Origin: Heptranchias perlo
Lineage: Eukaryota
NCBI RefSeq assembly: GCF_035084215.1
Contig: NC_090367.1
Coordinates: forward strand, 9,054,001-9,118,000
Length of the DNA stretch: 64,000 bases
Reading direction: 5' to 3'
Below, in pieces: positions 48,872 through 60,690 of this stretch. The notes under the pieces are model-generated. The model had not been told where the DNA came from and searched no databases. It saw only the letters and a program-made list of their open reading frames with translations. Both the position numbers and the translations under genes were made by a program. Numbering within the stretch: the stretch's first letter is position 1; each line of letters begins with the position of its first letter.

Positions 48872-51800
48872 TTACACTGTAACCATCACCAGGTACAATG
48901 GACAGACTCCACATGTTACACTGAAAACATCACCAGGTACAATGGACAGACTCCACATGTTACACTGTAAACATCACCAGATACAATGGACAGACTCCAC
49001 GTGTGATACTGTAAATATCACCAGATACAATGGACAGACTCCACATGTTGCGCTGTAATCATCACCAGATACAATGGACAGACTCCACATGTTACACTGT
49101 AAACATCACCAGATACAATGGACAGACTCCACATGTTACACTGTAAACGTCACCAGATACAATGGACAGACTCCACATGTTACACTGAAACCATCACCAG
49201 GAACATTGGACAGACTCCACCTGTTACACTGTAAACATCACCAGATACAATGGACAGACTCCACCTGTTACACTGTAACCATCACCAGGTACAATGGACA
49301 GACTCCACATGTTACACTGTAAACATCACCAGGAACAATGGACAGACTCCACATGTTACACTGAAAACATCACCAGATACAATGGACAGACTCCACGTGT
49401 GATACTGTAAACATCACCAGATACAATGGACAGACTCCACGTGTGATACTGTAAATATCACCAGATACAATGGACAGACTCCACATGTTGCGCTGTAATC
49501 ATCACCAGATACAATGGACAGACTCCACATGTTACACTGTAAACATCACCAGATACAATGGACAGACTCCACATGTTACACTGTAAACGTCACCAGATAC
49601 AATGGACAGACTCCACATGTTACACTGAAACCATCACCAGGAACATTGGACAGACTCCACCTGTTACACTGTAAACATCACCAGATACAATGGACAGACT
49701 CCACCTGTTACACTGTAACCATCACCAGGTACAATGGACAGACTCCACATGTTACACTGTAAACATCACCAGGAACAATGGACAGACTCCACGTGTGATA
49801 CTGTAAATATCACCAGATACAATGGACAGACTCCACATGTTGCACTGTAAACATCACCAGATACAATGGACAGACTCCACGTGTGATACTGTAAATATCA
49901 CCAGATACAATGGACAGACTCCACATGTTACACTGTAAATATCACCAGATACAATGGACAGACTCCACATGTTGCGCTGTAATCATCACCAGATACAATG
50001 GACAGACTCCACATGTTACACTGTAAACATCACCAGATACAATGGACAGACTCCACATGTTACACTGTAAACGTCACCAGATACAATGGACAGACTCCAC
50101 ATGTTACACTGTAAACATCGCCAGATACAATGGACAGACTCCACATGTTGCGCTGTAAACATCACCAGATACAATGGACAGACTCCACATGTTGCGCTGT
50201 AAACATCACCAGATACAATGGACAGACTCCACATGTTGCACTGTAAACATCACCAGATACAATGGACAGACTCCACATGTTGCACTGTAAACATCACCAG
50301 ATACAATGGACAGACTCCACATGTTGCGCTGTAAACATCACCAGATACAATGGACAGACTCCACATGATACACTGTAAACATCACCAGATACAATGGACA
50401 GACTCCACATGTTGCACTGTAAACATCACCAGATACAATGGACAGACTCCACATGTTACACTGTAAACGTCACCAGATACAATGGACAGACTCCACATGT
50501 TACACTGAAACCATCACCAGGAACATTGGACAGACTCCACCTGTTGCACTGTAAACATCACCAGATACAATGGACAGACTCCACCTGTTGCACTGTAAAC
50601 ATCACCAGATACAATGGACAGACTCCACATGTTGCACTGTAAACATCACCAGATACAATGGACAGACTCCACATGTTGCGCTGTAAACATCACCAGATAC
50701 AATGGACAGACTCCACCTGTTGCACTGTAAACATCACCAGATACAATGGACAGACTCCACATGTTGCGCTGTAATCATCACCAGATACAATGGACAGACT
50801 CCACCTGTTGCACTGTAAACATCACCAGATACAATGGACAGACTCCACATGTTGCACTGTAAACATCACCAGATACAATGGACAGACTCCACATGTTGCG
50901 CTGTAAATATCACCAGATACAATGGACAGACTCCACATGTTGCACTGTAAACATCACCAGATACAATGGACAGACTCCACATGTTGCACTGTAAACATCA
51001 CCAGATACAATGGACAGACTCCACCTGTTACACTGAAACCATCACCAGATACAATGGACAGACTCCACATGTTGCACTGTAAACATCACCAGATACAATG
51101 GACAGACTCCACATGTTGCGCTGTAAATATCACCAGATACAATGGACAGACTCCACATGTTACACTGTAAACATCACCAGATACAATGGACAGACTCCAC
51201 ATGTTGCGCTGTAATCATCACCAGATACAATGGACAGACTCCACATGTTACACTGTAAACATCACCAGATACAATGGACAGACTCCACATGTTACACTGT
51301 AAACGTCACCAGATACAATGGACAGACTCCACCTGTTACACTGAAACCATCACCAGATACAATGGACAGACTCCACCTGTTGCACTGTAAACATCACCAG
51401 ATACAATGGACAGACTCCACATGTTGCACTGTAAACATCGCCAGATACAATGGACAGATGCCACATGTTACACTGTAAACATCGCCAGATACAATGGACA
51501 GACTCCATCTGTTACACTGTAAACGTCACCAGATACAATGGACAGACTCCACATGTTGCACTGTAAACATCACCAGATACAATGGACAGACTCCACATGT
51601 TGCACTGTAAACATCACCAGATACAATGGACAGACTCCACATGTTACACTGTAAACGTCACCAGATACAATGGACAGACTCCACATGATACACTGTAAAC
51701 ATCACCAGATACAATGGACAGACTCCACATGATACACTGTAAACGTCACCAGATACAATGGACAGACTCCACATGATACACTGTAAACGTCACCAGATAC

Positions 51801-53697
51801 AATGGACAGACTCCACATGATACACTGTAAACATCACCTGTAACAATGGACAGACTCCACATGTTACACTGTAAACATCACCAGATACAATGGACAGACT
51901 CCACATGTTACACTGTAAACATCACCAGGAACAATGGACAGACTCCACGTGTGATACTGTAAATATCACCAGATACAATGGACAGACTCCACATGTTGCA
52001 CTGTAAACATCACCAGATACAATGGACAGACTCCACATGTTGCACTGTAAACATCACCAGATACAATGGACAGACTCCACATGTTACACTGTAAACATCA
52101 CCAGATACAATGGACAGACTCCACATGTTACACTGTAAACATCACCAGATACAATGGACAGACTCCACATGATCGACTGAAAACATCACCATATACAGTG
52201 GACAGACTCCACATGTTGCACTGTAAACATCACCAGATATGATGGACAGATTCCACATGTTACACTGTGGACATCGACAGATACAAGGGATAGATTCCAC
52301 TTGTTACACTGTAAACATCACCAGATACAATGGACAGACTCCACATGTTGCACTGTAAACATCACCAGATATGATGGACAGATTCCACATGTTACACTGT
52401 GGACATCGACAGATACAAGGGATAGATTCCACTTGTTACACTGTAAACATCACCAGATACAATGGACAGACTCCACATGTTACACTGGAAACATCACCAG
52501 ATACAATATATGGACTCCACATGATACACTGTGAACATCACCAGATAGAATGGACAGACTCCACATGTTACACTGGAAACATCACCAGATACAATATATG
52601 GACTCCACATGTTACACTGTAAGCATCAGTAGCTACAATGGACAGACGCCACATGTAACCGTGTAAATGTCATCAGATACAATGGACAGACTCCACATGT
52701 TACACTGTAAACATCACCATATACAATGGACAGACTCCACATGTTACACTGTAAACATCACCAGATACAATGGACAGACTCCACGTGTTAGATTAGGTGA
52801 ATGGGCAAAACTGTGGCAAATGGTATTCAACGTAGTCAAATGTGAGTTCATCCACTTTGGATCAAAAAAGGATGGAACAGGGTACTTTCTTAATGGTAAA
52901 AAGTTAAAAACAGTGGATGTCCAAAGGGACTTAGGGGTTCAAGTACATCGATCATTGAAGTGTCATGAACAGGTGCAGAAAATAATCAAGAAGGGTAGTG
53001 GAATGCTGGCCTTTATATCTGGAGGACCAGAGTACAAGAGGGCAGAAGTTATGCTGCAGCTGGTTAGACCTGGAGTACTGTGAGCAGTTCTGGGCACCGC
53101 ACCTTCAGAAGGACATACTGGCCTTGGAGGGAGTGCAGCGTAGGTTTACTAGAATGATACCCGGACTTTAAGGGTTAAGTTACGAGGAGAGATTACACAA
53201 ATTGGGGTTATATTCTCTAGAGTTTTGAAGGTTAAGGGGTGATCTGATCGAAGTTTATAAGATATTAAGAGGAACAGATAGGGTGGATAGAGAGAAACTA
53301 TTTCCGCTGGTCGGGGATTTTAGGAGTAGGGGGCACAGTCTAAAAATTAGAGCCAGACCTTTCAGGAGCGAGATTAGAAAACATTTCTACACACAAAGGG
53401 TGGTAGAAGTTTGGAACTCTCTTCCGCAAACGGCAATTGATACTAGCTCAATTGCTAAATTTAAATCTGAGATAGATAGCTTTTTGGCAACCAAAGGTAT
53501 TAAGGGATATGGGCCAAAGGCAGGTTTATGGAGTTAGATCACAGATCAGCCATGATCTTATCAAATGGCGGAGCAGGCACGAGGGGCTGAATGGCCTACT
53601 CCTGTTCCTATGTTCCTATGTGTTACACGGTAAATATCACCAGATAAAATGGACAGTTTCCACATGTTGCACTGTACATATGACCGGATACAATGGA
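48872..53697. repeat. 44-bp minisatellite, ~90 copies, with a CR1 inserted near its end
   Basis: TTACACTGTAAACATCACCAGATACAATGGACAGACTCCACATG over 48872-52790, resuming at 53620-53697. Confidence 0.97.
52791..53619 (+). mobile_element. CR1 LINE 3' part
   Basis: RLGEWAKLWQMVFNVVKC...; flanked by a GTGTTA direct repeat. Confidence 0.9.
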
Positions 53698-53719
53698 ACC
53701 CATAACCGTCTGATTCTCA

Positions 53720-53970
53720 CCTCCACGTTAGAAGGACATGGATTCAAACTCCACTCTTGAGACTTGAGACCCGTAATCCAGGCCGATACTCCCAATGCAG
53801 TACCGTGGGAGCGCTGCACTGTCGTAGGTGCTGTCTTTCGGATGAAATGTTAAACTTGGCTCCATCTGCCGCTCTCAGGTGGAAGTAAGAGATCCCACGG
53901 TCACTATTGGAAGAAGGGCGGGGTAGTGCTCCCCGGTGTCCTGGGACAATATTTATCCCTCAACCAACCA
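53720..53970 (+). mobile_element. Deu-domain SINE fragment
   Basis: GGTGCTGTCTTTCGGATGAAATGTTAAAC...GATCCCACGG. Confidence 0.75.
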
Positions 53971-53984
53971 AAATTCCGTGACAT

Positions 53985-54418
53985 TACATGGTATTTGCAG
54001 CACAGAAACGGGCGATTAAGCCCAACTGGTGCATGCCAGTGTTTATGCTCCACACGAGCCTCCTCCCACCCCTCTTCATCTCATCCTATCAGCCTATCCT
54101 TCTCTTCCTTTGTCCCTCATGTGTTTATCTAGCTTCCACTTAACTACATCAATGCTATTTGCCTCGACTACTCCTTGTGGGAGCGAGTTCCACATTCTCA
54201 CCACTCTCTGGGTAAGGAAGTTTCTCCTGAATTCGCTATTGGATTTATTCGTGACTATCTTATATTTATGGCCTCTAGTTCTGGTCTCCCCCACAGGTGG
54301 AAACATCTTCTCTACGTCTACCCTATCGAACCCCTTCATAATTTTAATCACCTCTATCAGGTCACCCCCTCAGCCTTCTCTTTACTAGCAAAAAGAGTCC
54401 TAGTCTGTTCAGTCTTTC
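53985..54418 (-). mobile_element. CR1 3' fragment
   Basis: KIMKGFDRVDVEKMF..TRGHKYKIV..MWNSLP. Confidence 0.88.
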
Positions 54419-54724
54419 TTCGGTTTGCTTTTATTTATCTTACGTGTGCTTTGAGACACCATGAAGTTGAAAAAAAACTCTGTAAATGTGGCTTCTTTCT
54501 TTTGTTCTAAAATAAAAGTAAATTGTGAAATTCACTTCCAGTAACACTGCGAATGGGCATTTGATGGTCACATCCCACTCACTCTGTACTGAGTGATTTT
54601 CACTCCTTATTCATGATGTTAGTAAAGCTAAGGGAAAAGACGTCACTGCAGGGGAAATTCTGCACAAAATGTTTTGTTCTTGGGCCATCTCTGGCCAGCA
54701 CTTTCAAAGGTTAAGGCAACACTG

Positions 54725-55072
54725 ACAACAACTTGCATTCATACAGTGCCTTTAACATAGTGAAACGTCCCAGTGCGCTGTACAGGAGCGATTTTTGAAC
54801 AGAGTTTGACACTGAGCCACGTGAGGAGATATTAAGACAGGTGACCAAAAGCTTGGTCAAAGAGGTAGGTTTTAAGGAGCATCTTAAAGGAGGAGAGAGT
54901 GGGAGAGAGGCGGAGAGGTTTAAGGGGGGAATTCCAGAGCTTAGGACCTTGGTAGCTGAAGGCACGGCCGCCAATGGTGGGGAGAAGGAAATCGGGGATG
55001 AGCAAAAGGCCAGAATTGGAGGATTGTAGAGGTCTCGGAGGGTTGTAGGAGGTTACAGAGATAGGGAGGAGG
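54725..55072 (-). mobile_element. L2 LINE 3' fragment
   Basis: GGRAFSYQGPKLWNS..LLKTYLFDQAF. Confidence 0.88.
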
Positions 55073-55319
55073 TTTTCAGAGCATGGGAACACTGGGGTAA
55101 TAAAGAGAGACAGCAGATATCGTCTTTCAAAACACACCCGTTCAGAAATCGAACACACACACTGATCTCAAAGTGTGACCAGTGCAGGAAAATTCAATTT
55201 TCAGCTGCCGACATCACAATTATGAAGAAACCTTTCTCTAGCTGTGTGTAGAACTTGCTAACCTGAACACCGTGTGCAGGTAGATAACACCAGGACATGT
55301 CAGCCGCGAATGATTAACA

Positions 55320-55713
55320 ATTTTAAAATTCTTATCCTCATGTTCAAATCCCTCCATGGCCTCGCCCCCTCCCTATCTCTGTAACCTCCTCCAGCCCTAC
55401 AACCCACCGAGATCTCTGCGCTCCTCCAAGTCTTGCCTCTTGCGCATCCCCGATTTTAATCGCTCCCCCATTGGCTGCCGTGCCTTCAGCTGCCTGGGCC
55501 CTAAGCTCTGGAATTCCCTCCCTAAACCTCTCCGCCTCACTCTCCTCCTTTAAGACGCTCCTTAAAACCTACCTCTTTGACCAAGCTTTTGGTCACCTGT
55601 CCTAATATCTCCTTATGTGGCTCAGTGTCAAATTTTGTTTATCGTTCCTGTGAAGCGCCTTGGGATGTTCTACTACTTTAAAGTCGCTATATAAATGCAA
55701 GGTGGTGTTGTTG
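55320..55713 (+). mobile_element. L2 LINE 3' fragment
   Basis: PPYLCNLLQPYNPPRSLRS..KLWNSLP. Confidence 0.88.
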
Positions 55714-55751
55714 TATCTATCTATAATATATTAAAAATATTGCATCCACAA

Positions 55752-56795
55752 AGAAAGAACTTGCATTTCTACAGCACCTTTCCTGGCCTCAAGACGTCCC
55801 AAAGCGCTTTACAGCCAATGAAGTACTTTTGAAGCATAGTTACTGTTGTAATGTAGGGAAATGCGGCAGCCAATTTGCGCACAGCAGGATCCCACAAACA
55901 GCAATGAGACAAACGTCATGTATTTTAGATGTTGGCTGAGGGATAAATATTGGACAGGATACCGGGAGAACTCCCCTGCTTTTCCTTGAATAGTGCCGTG
56001 GGATCCACCTGAGGGAGCAGACGGGGTGTAAGAACAAGAGGAGGCCATTCAGCCCCTCGAACCTGTCCCGCCATTCAGTTAGATCATGGCTGATCTGTAT
56101 CTCATCACCATCTACCCGCCTTGGTTCCATATCCCTTAACACCCTTACCTAACAAAAATCTATCAATCTCAGTTTTGACATTTTCTATTGACCCCCGGAC
56201 TCAACAACTTTATGGGGGAGAGAGTTCCAGATTTCCACTCCCCTTTGTGTGAAGAAGTGCTTCCTGACATCACCCCTGAACGGCCTGGCTCTAATTTTAA
56301 GGTTATGCCCCCTTGTTCTGGACTCCCCCCACCAGAGGAAATAGTTTCTCTCTCTCTACCCTATCAAATCCTTTAATCATCTTAAACACCTCGATTAGAT
56401 CACCCATTAATCTTCTATACTCGAGGGAATACAAGCCTAGTCTCTGCAACCTGTCCTTGTAATTTAACCCTTTTAGCCCCGGTATCATTCTGGTGAATCT
56501 ACACTGCACCCCCTCCAAGGCCAATATATCCTTCCTGAGGTGCGGTACCCAGAACTGAATCCAGATGCGACCATAACTAGACCTTTATACAACTGTGATT
56601 GATGTGTAGACGTGGTTTAACGTCTCACCCGAAAGATGGCACCTCCGACAGTGCAGCGCTCCCTCAGTACTGCATTAAAGTGTGAGCCGAGATTATGTGC
56701 TCCAGTCTCTGGAGTGGGGCTCGAACCCACGACCTTCTGACTCAGAGGCAAAAGAGAGAGAGAGAGAGATACCCAATGACCCACGGCTGACGCCA
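55752..56795 (-). mobile_element. Deu-domain SINE with a nested CR1 (56028-56595, minus)
   Basis: SINE tail/body 55752-56025 and head 56612-56795; CR1 [15 protein letters not shown] in between. Confidence 0.82.
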
Positions 56796-56827
56796 ACATC
56801 TGAATGCACTTGCTGTCAACTTTCCCA

Positions 56828-57012
56828 TTATAAATTCCCGTGTCCACATTTATAATGGGAACTGGCTATATAAACTTCTTACGCTGTAATTACACCTTAT
56901 CCCACCATGAAGGCACTGCAGCGCCACCCCTGGCGGGAGGGTGCAATTACAATGTGACGAGTTTACATAGGCAGTTACCATTAGAAATGTGGACATAGGA
57001 ATTTTTAATAAT
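56828..57012. repeat. Imperfect ~185-bp palindrome (MITE-like); half copy at 47150-47235
   Basis: AAATTCCCGTGTCCACATTTATAATGG..GTAATTACACC pairs with GGTGCAATTAC..CCATTAGAAATGTGGACATAGGAATTT. Confidence 0.75.
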
Positions 57013-57257
57013 ATATAAAAATATTGTAAAATGTGTGCCGTGGTCCAATCATCCCCAGCCCTCTGCTTCACCTAAAGACTATGCTCTGTCTAAACTCCCT
57101 GCGTTCAACGTCACATATATTAAAACATACATTACAAATCTTGTATAAGGCACATGTCACCCTTTAAATGTCCCTGCCATGCAGACAAAGCTCTTGTGCT
57201 TTTCTGAATGGCTGAAATTTGACAGGAACTAATTGAAAAAAATGCTGCCTTTTTATA

Positions 57258-57466
57258 CGTAGAATGATACATCACAGAAGGAGGCCATTCGGCCCATCGT
57301 GCTTGTGCCGACTCTTTGCAAGAGCTGTCCAATTAGTCCCACTCCCCCCTGCTCTTTCCCCATTGCCCTGCAAATGTTCTCCTCTTCAGGTATTTATCCA
57401 ATTCCCTTTTGAAAGTTACTATTAAATCTGCTTCCACCACCCTTTCAGGCAGCGCATTCCAGGTCG
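57258..57466 (-). mobile_element. CR1 3' end
   Basis: WNALPERVVEAD..FKRELDKYLK. Confidence 0.85.
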
Positions 57467-58115
57467 TAATGATAATATTATAATAATATCTGGAACTCTT
57501 TCCCCTCCTCTCTCCCAAACTATCCCCCCTGAAAAAAAATCCTTTGATTCACTGTAGGTGAAGAGGTACGCTAGTATCATGTCTAAGAAACTTGCAACAG
57601 AATATACTGACAGGTTTTAAGCATTGACTGTTACTCTGTTCTTTATTATCTCCTCATTTTTTCTCTCCTTCCAGAAGGTATTGATTCCTTGCCGGGGTAG
57701 ATTTTGACGACGCTGTCGCTTTCTGATACCTCAGTTGACTGGCAGTTATTAATGTGTGAGCCTGGACAGTGGGTGCCAGAAGGCTATTCAACTGCAGGGG
57801 CATCGCAGCTGCAGGACAGTTGAATCCTGCACAGTAATAAATACCGTATCACAAATCCCAATTATGTAACCTAGATTAGTCACAGATTATCAGGCTGTCT
57901 CCTCCCCCTTTTGTTCCTAATACGTACAAATCAGAAGATAGGATTGGAATCTACTATACCTGTCTAAAATACCTACATTGGCTCGCCTTGGACTGTCCGA
58001 TATACCTGTCCGAGGGAGTCCAGGCCAGAAGTGAGAGTGGGGATTAGCTACTGTGTTAAAAACAAATGTAAGGAATCTTACAACACCAGGTTATAGTCCA
58101 ACAAATTTATTTTAA

Positions 58116-58156
58116 AATCACAAGCTTTCGGAGATTATCTCCTTCGTCAGATGATT
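58116..58156 (-). ncRNA. Hammerhead-ribozyme-like motif in the PLE 3' pseudo-LTR
   Basis: AATCAT-CTGACGA-A-GGAGA(TAA)TCTCC-GAAA-GC-TT-GTGATT. Confidence 0.65.
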
Positions 58157-58388
58157 GAATGAAAAGGTTCTCAAATCGCATATCTTATACGATGTTGGGA
58201 CAGCATCACACCAATCAAAAGGTGTCGTTGTTATTCAAACAGGCCAGTCACGGAGAACAGAACGTCCCAGTACACTCGATATACATTGTGTCTTTTACAC
58301 AGGCAAGCAGAAAGAAACTTAAAATGGCAGAGAGAGAGAGAGAATTTTAAAAAACATATAAATTTTTTCCCCCTTTTTGCTGGTGGGG

Positions 58389-60173
58389 TTACGTGTAGCG
58401 TGACATGAACCCAAGATCCCGGTTGAGGCCGTCCTCATGGGTGCGGAACTTGGCTATCAACTTCTGCTCGACGATTTTGCGTTGTCGTGTGTCTCGAAGG
58501 CCGCCTTGGAGAACGCTTACCCGAAGATCGGTGGCTGAATGTCCTTGACTGCTAAAGTGTTCCCCGACTGGGAGGGAACCCTCCTGTTTGGCGATTGTTG
58601 CGCGGTGTCCGTTCATCCGTTGTCGCAGCGTCTGCATGGTCTCGCCAATGTACCATGCTCCGGGGCATCCTTTCCTGCAACGTATGAGGTAAACAACGTT
58701 GGCCGAGTCACAGGAGTATGAACCATGTACCTGGTGGGTGGTGTCCTCTCGTGTGATGGTGGTATCCGTGTCGATGATCTGGCATGTCTTGCAGAGGTTG
58801 CCGTGGCAGGGTTGTGTGGTGTCGTGGACGCTGTTCTCATGAAAACTGGGTAACTTGCTGCGAACGATGGTCTGTTTGAGGTTGGGTGGCTGTTTAAAGG
58901 CGAGCAGTGGAGGCGTGGGGATGGCCTTAGCGAGGTGTTCGTCGTCATCGATGACATGTTGAAGGCTGCGGAGAACATGGTGTAGTTTCTCCGCTCCAGG
59001 GAAGTACTGGACGACGAAGGGTACTCTGTTGGTTGCGTCCCGTGTTTGTCTTCTGAGGAGGTCTATGCGATTCTTCGCTGTGGCCCGTCGGAACTGTCGA
59101 TCGACAAGTCGAGCGTCATATCCCGTTCTTACGAGGGCGTCTTTCAGCGTCTGTAGGTGTCCATCGCGTTCCTCCTCGTCTGAGCAGATCCTGTGTATTC
59201 GTAGGGCCTGTCCATAGGGGATGGCCTCTTTGACGTGGTTGGGGTGGAAGCTGGAAAAGTGGAGCATCGTGAGGTTGTCCGTGGGCTTGCGGTAGAGTGA
59301 GGTGCTGAGGTGCCCGTCTTTGATGGAGATTTGTGTGTCCAAGAAAGAAACCGATTCTGAGGAGTAGTCCATGGTGAGTTTGATGGTGGGATGGAACTTG
59401 TTGATGTTATCGTGTAGTCTCTTCAGTGATTCTTCGCCGTGGGTCCATAGGAAGAAAATGTCGTCGATGTATCTGGTGTATAGTGTTGGTTGGAGGTCCT
59501 GTGCAGTGAAGAAGTCGTGCTCGAACTTGTGCATGAAAATGTTGGCGTATTGGGGTGCGAATTTGGTCCCCATGGCTGTTCCGTGTGTTTGGGTAAAGAA
59601 CTGGTTATTGAAGGTGAAGACATTGTGATCCAGGATGAAGCGGATGAGTTGTAGGATGGTGTCTGGAGATTGGCTGTTGTTGGTGTTGAGTACTGAGGCT
59701 GTTGCAGCGATGCCGTCATCGTGGGGGATACTGGTGTATAGTGCCGAGACGTCCATCGTGGTGAGAAGTGTTCCTGGTTCAACTGGTCCGTGGGTGCTGA
59801 GTTTTTGTAGGAAGTCTGTAGTGTCGCGACAGAAGCTGGGGGTTCCCTGTACAATGGGTTTCAGGATGCCCTCGACGTATCCAGAGAGGTTCTCACACAG
59901 GGTTCCATTGCCTGATACGATAGGACGTCCGGGTGTGTTGGCTTTGTGTATCTTTGGGAGGCAGTAGAAGTCTCCCACGCGGGGAGTACGTGGGATGAGA
60001 GTGCGTAGGATGCTTTGAAGGTCTGGATCGAAGGTCTTGATCAGTTTGTTGAGCTGGTGGGTGTGTTCTTTGGTCGGATCTGCGGGTAACCGTCTGTAGT
60101 GTTCCTGGTTGTCCAGTTGTCGGTATGCTTCTTTGCAATAGTCCGTTCTGTTCTGTATGACAATGGCTCCTCC
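58389..60173 (-). CDS. PLE reverse transcriptase-GIY-YIG endonuclease, N-terminally truncated but frame intact
   Basis: Frame open from GGAIVI (60173) through LPKIHK, GRPIVS, MDVSALYTSIP, GTAMG, RYIDD, CxxxxCxxC, NVVY..YIGET to the stop. Confidence 0.9.
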   Translation of the reverse strand, partial: GGAIVIQNRTDYCKEAYRQLDNQEHYRRLPADPTKEHTHQLNKLIKTFDPDLQSILRTLIPRTPRVGDFYCLPKIHKANTPGRPIVSGNGTLCENLSGYVEGILKPIVQGTPSFCRDTTDFLQKLSTHGPVEPGTLLTTMDVSALYTSIPHDDGIAATASVLNTNNSQSPDTILQLIRFILDHNVFTFNNQFFTQTHGTAMGTKFAPQYANIFMHKFEHDFFTAQDLQPTLYTRYIDDIFFLWTHGEESLKRLHDNINKFHPTIKLTMDYSSESVSFLDTQISIKDGHLSTSLYRKPTDNLTMLHFSSFHPNHVKEAIPYGQALRIHRICSDEEERDGHLQTLKDALVRTGYDARLVDRQFRRATAKNRIDLLRRQTRDATNRVPFVVQYFPGAEKLHHVLRSLQHVIDDDEHLAKAIPTPPLLAFKQPPNLKQTIVRSKLPSFHENSVHDTTQPCHGNLCKTCQIIDTDTTITREDTTHQVHGSYSCDSANVVYLIRCRKGCPGAWYIGETMQTLRQRMNGHRATIAKQEGSLPVGEHFSSQGHSATDLRVSVLQGGLRDTRQRKIVEQKLIAKFRTHEDGLNRDLGFMSRYT

Positions 60174-60221
60174 ATTGTGTTAAAAACAGACAATACTAGA
60201 AATACACCGGTCAGTGCATGC

Positions 60222-60690
60222 CTATGGGGAGAGATTGGGGCAGTGGGATTAGTTTGGGATTGATACAGGGCTATGGGGAGAGATTGGGGCAGTGGGATTA
60301 GTTTGGGATTGATACAGGGCTATGGGGAGAGAGCGGGGTATTGGGATTAGTTTGGGATTGATACAGGGCTATGGGGAGAGAGCGGGGTAGCGGGGTTAGT
60401 TTGGGATTGATACAGGGCTATGGGGAGAGAGCGGGGCAGTGGGATTAGCTTGGGATTGATACAGGGCTATAGGGAGAGAGCGGGGCAGTGGGATTAGTTT
60501 GAGATTGATACAGGGCTATGAGGAGAGAGCGGGGCAGTGGGATTAGCTTGGGATTGATACAGGGATATGGGAGAGAGTGGGGCAGTGGGATTAGTGTGGG
60601 ATTGATACAGGGATATGGGAGAGAGCGGGGCAGTGGGATTAGTTTGGGATTGATACAGGGCTATGGGGAGCGTGCGGAATTAGTTTGGAT
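60222..60690. repeat. 49-bp minisatellite, ~9.5 copies, CR1-tail derived
   Basis: CTATGGGGAGAGAGCGGGGCAGTGGGATTAGTTTGGGATTGATACAGGG. Confidence 0.92.

Larger units (their letters stand above)
58065..60175 (-). mobile_element. Penelope-like retroelement (Neptune-type), 5'-truncated
   Basis: 13-bp TSD TGTGTTAAAAACA (58052-58064, 60176-60188); RT plus GIY-YIG ORF; 3' pseudo-LTR. Confidence 0.95.

Noticed and set aside
49074..52622. Repeated Cys/His-rich ORFs (LHCKHHQ...) resembling metal-binding repeats
   Set aside because: The 44-bp unit is not a multiple of 3 and frequent stops occur; this is minisatellite translation
56920..56938. CTCF site at the palindrome centre
   Set aside because: CCGCCAGGGGTGGCGC is two bases too long between CCA and CGC for the core motif
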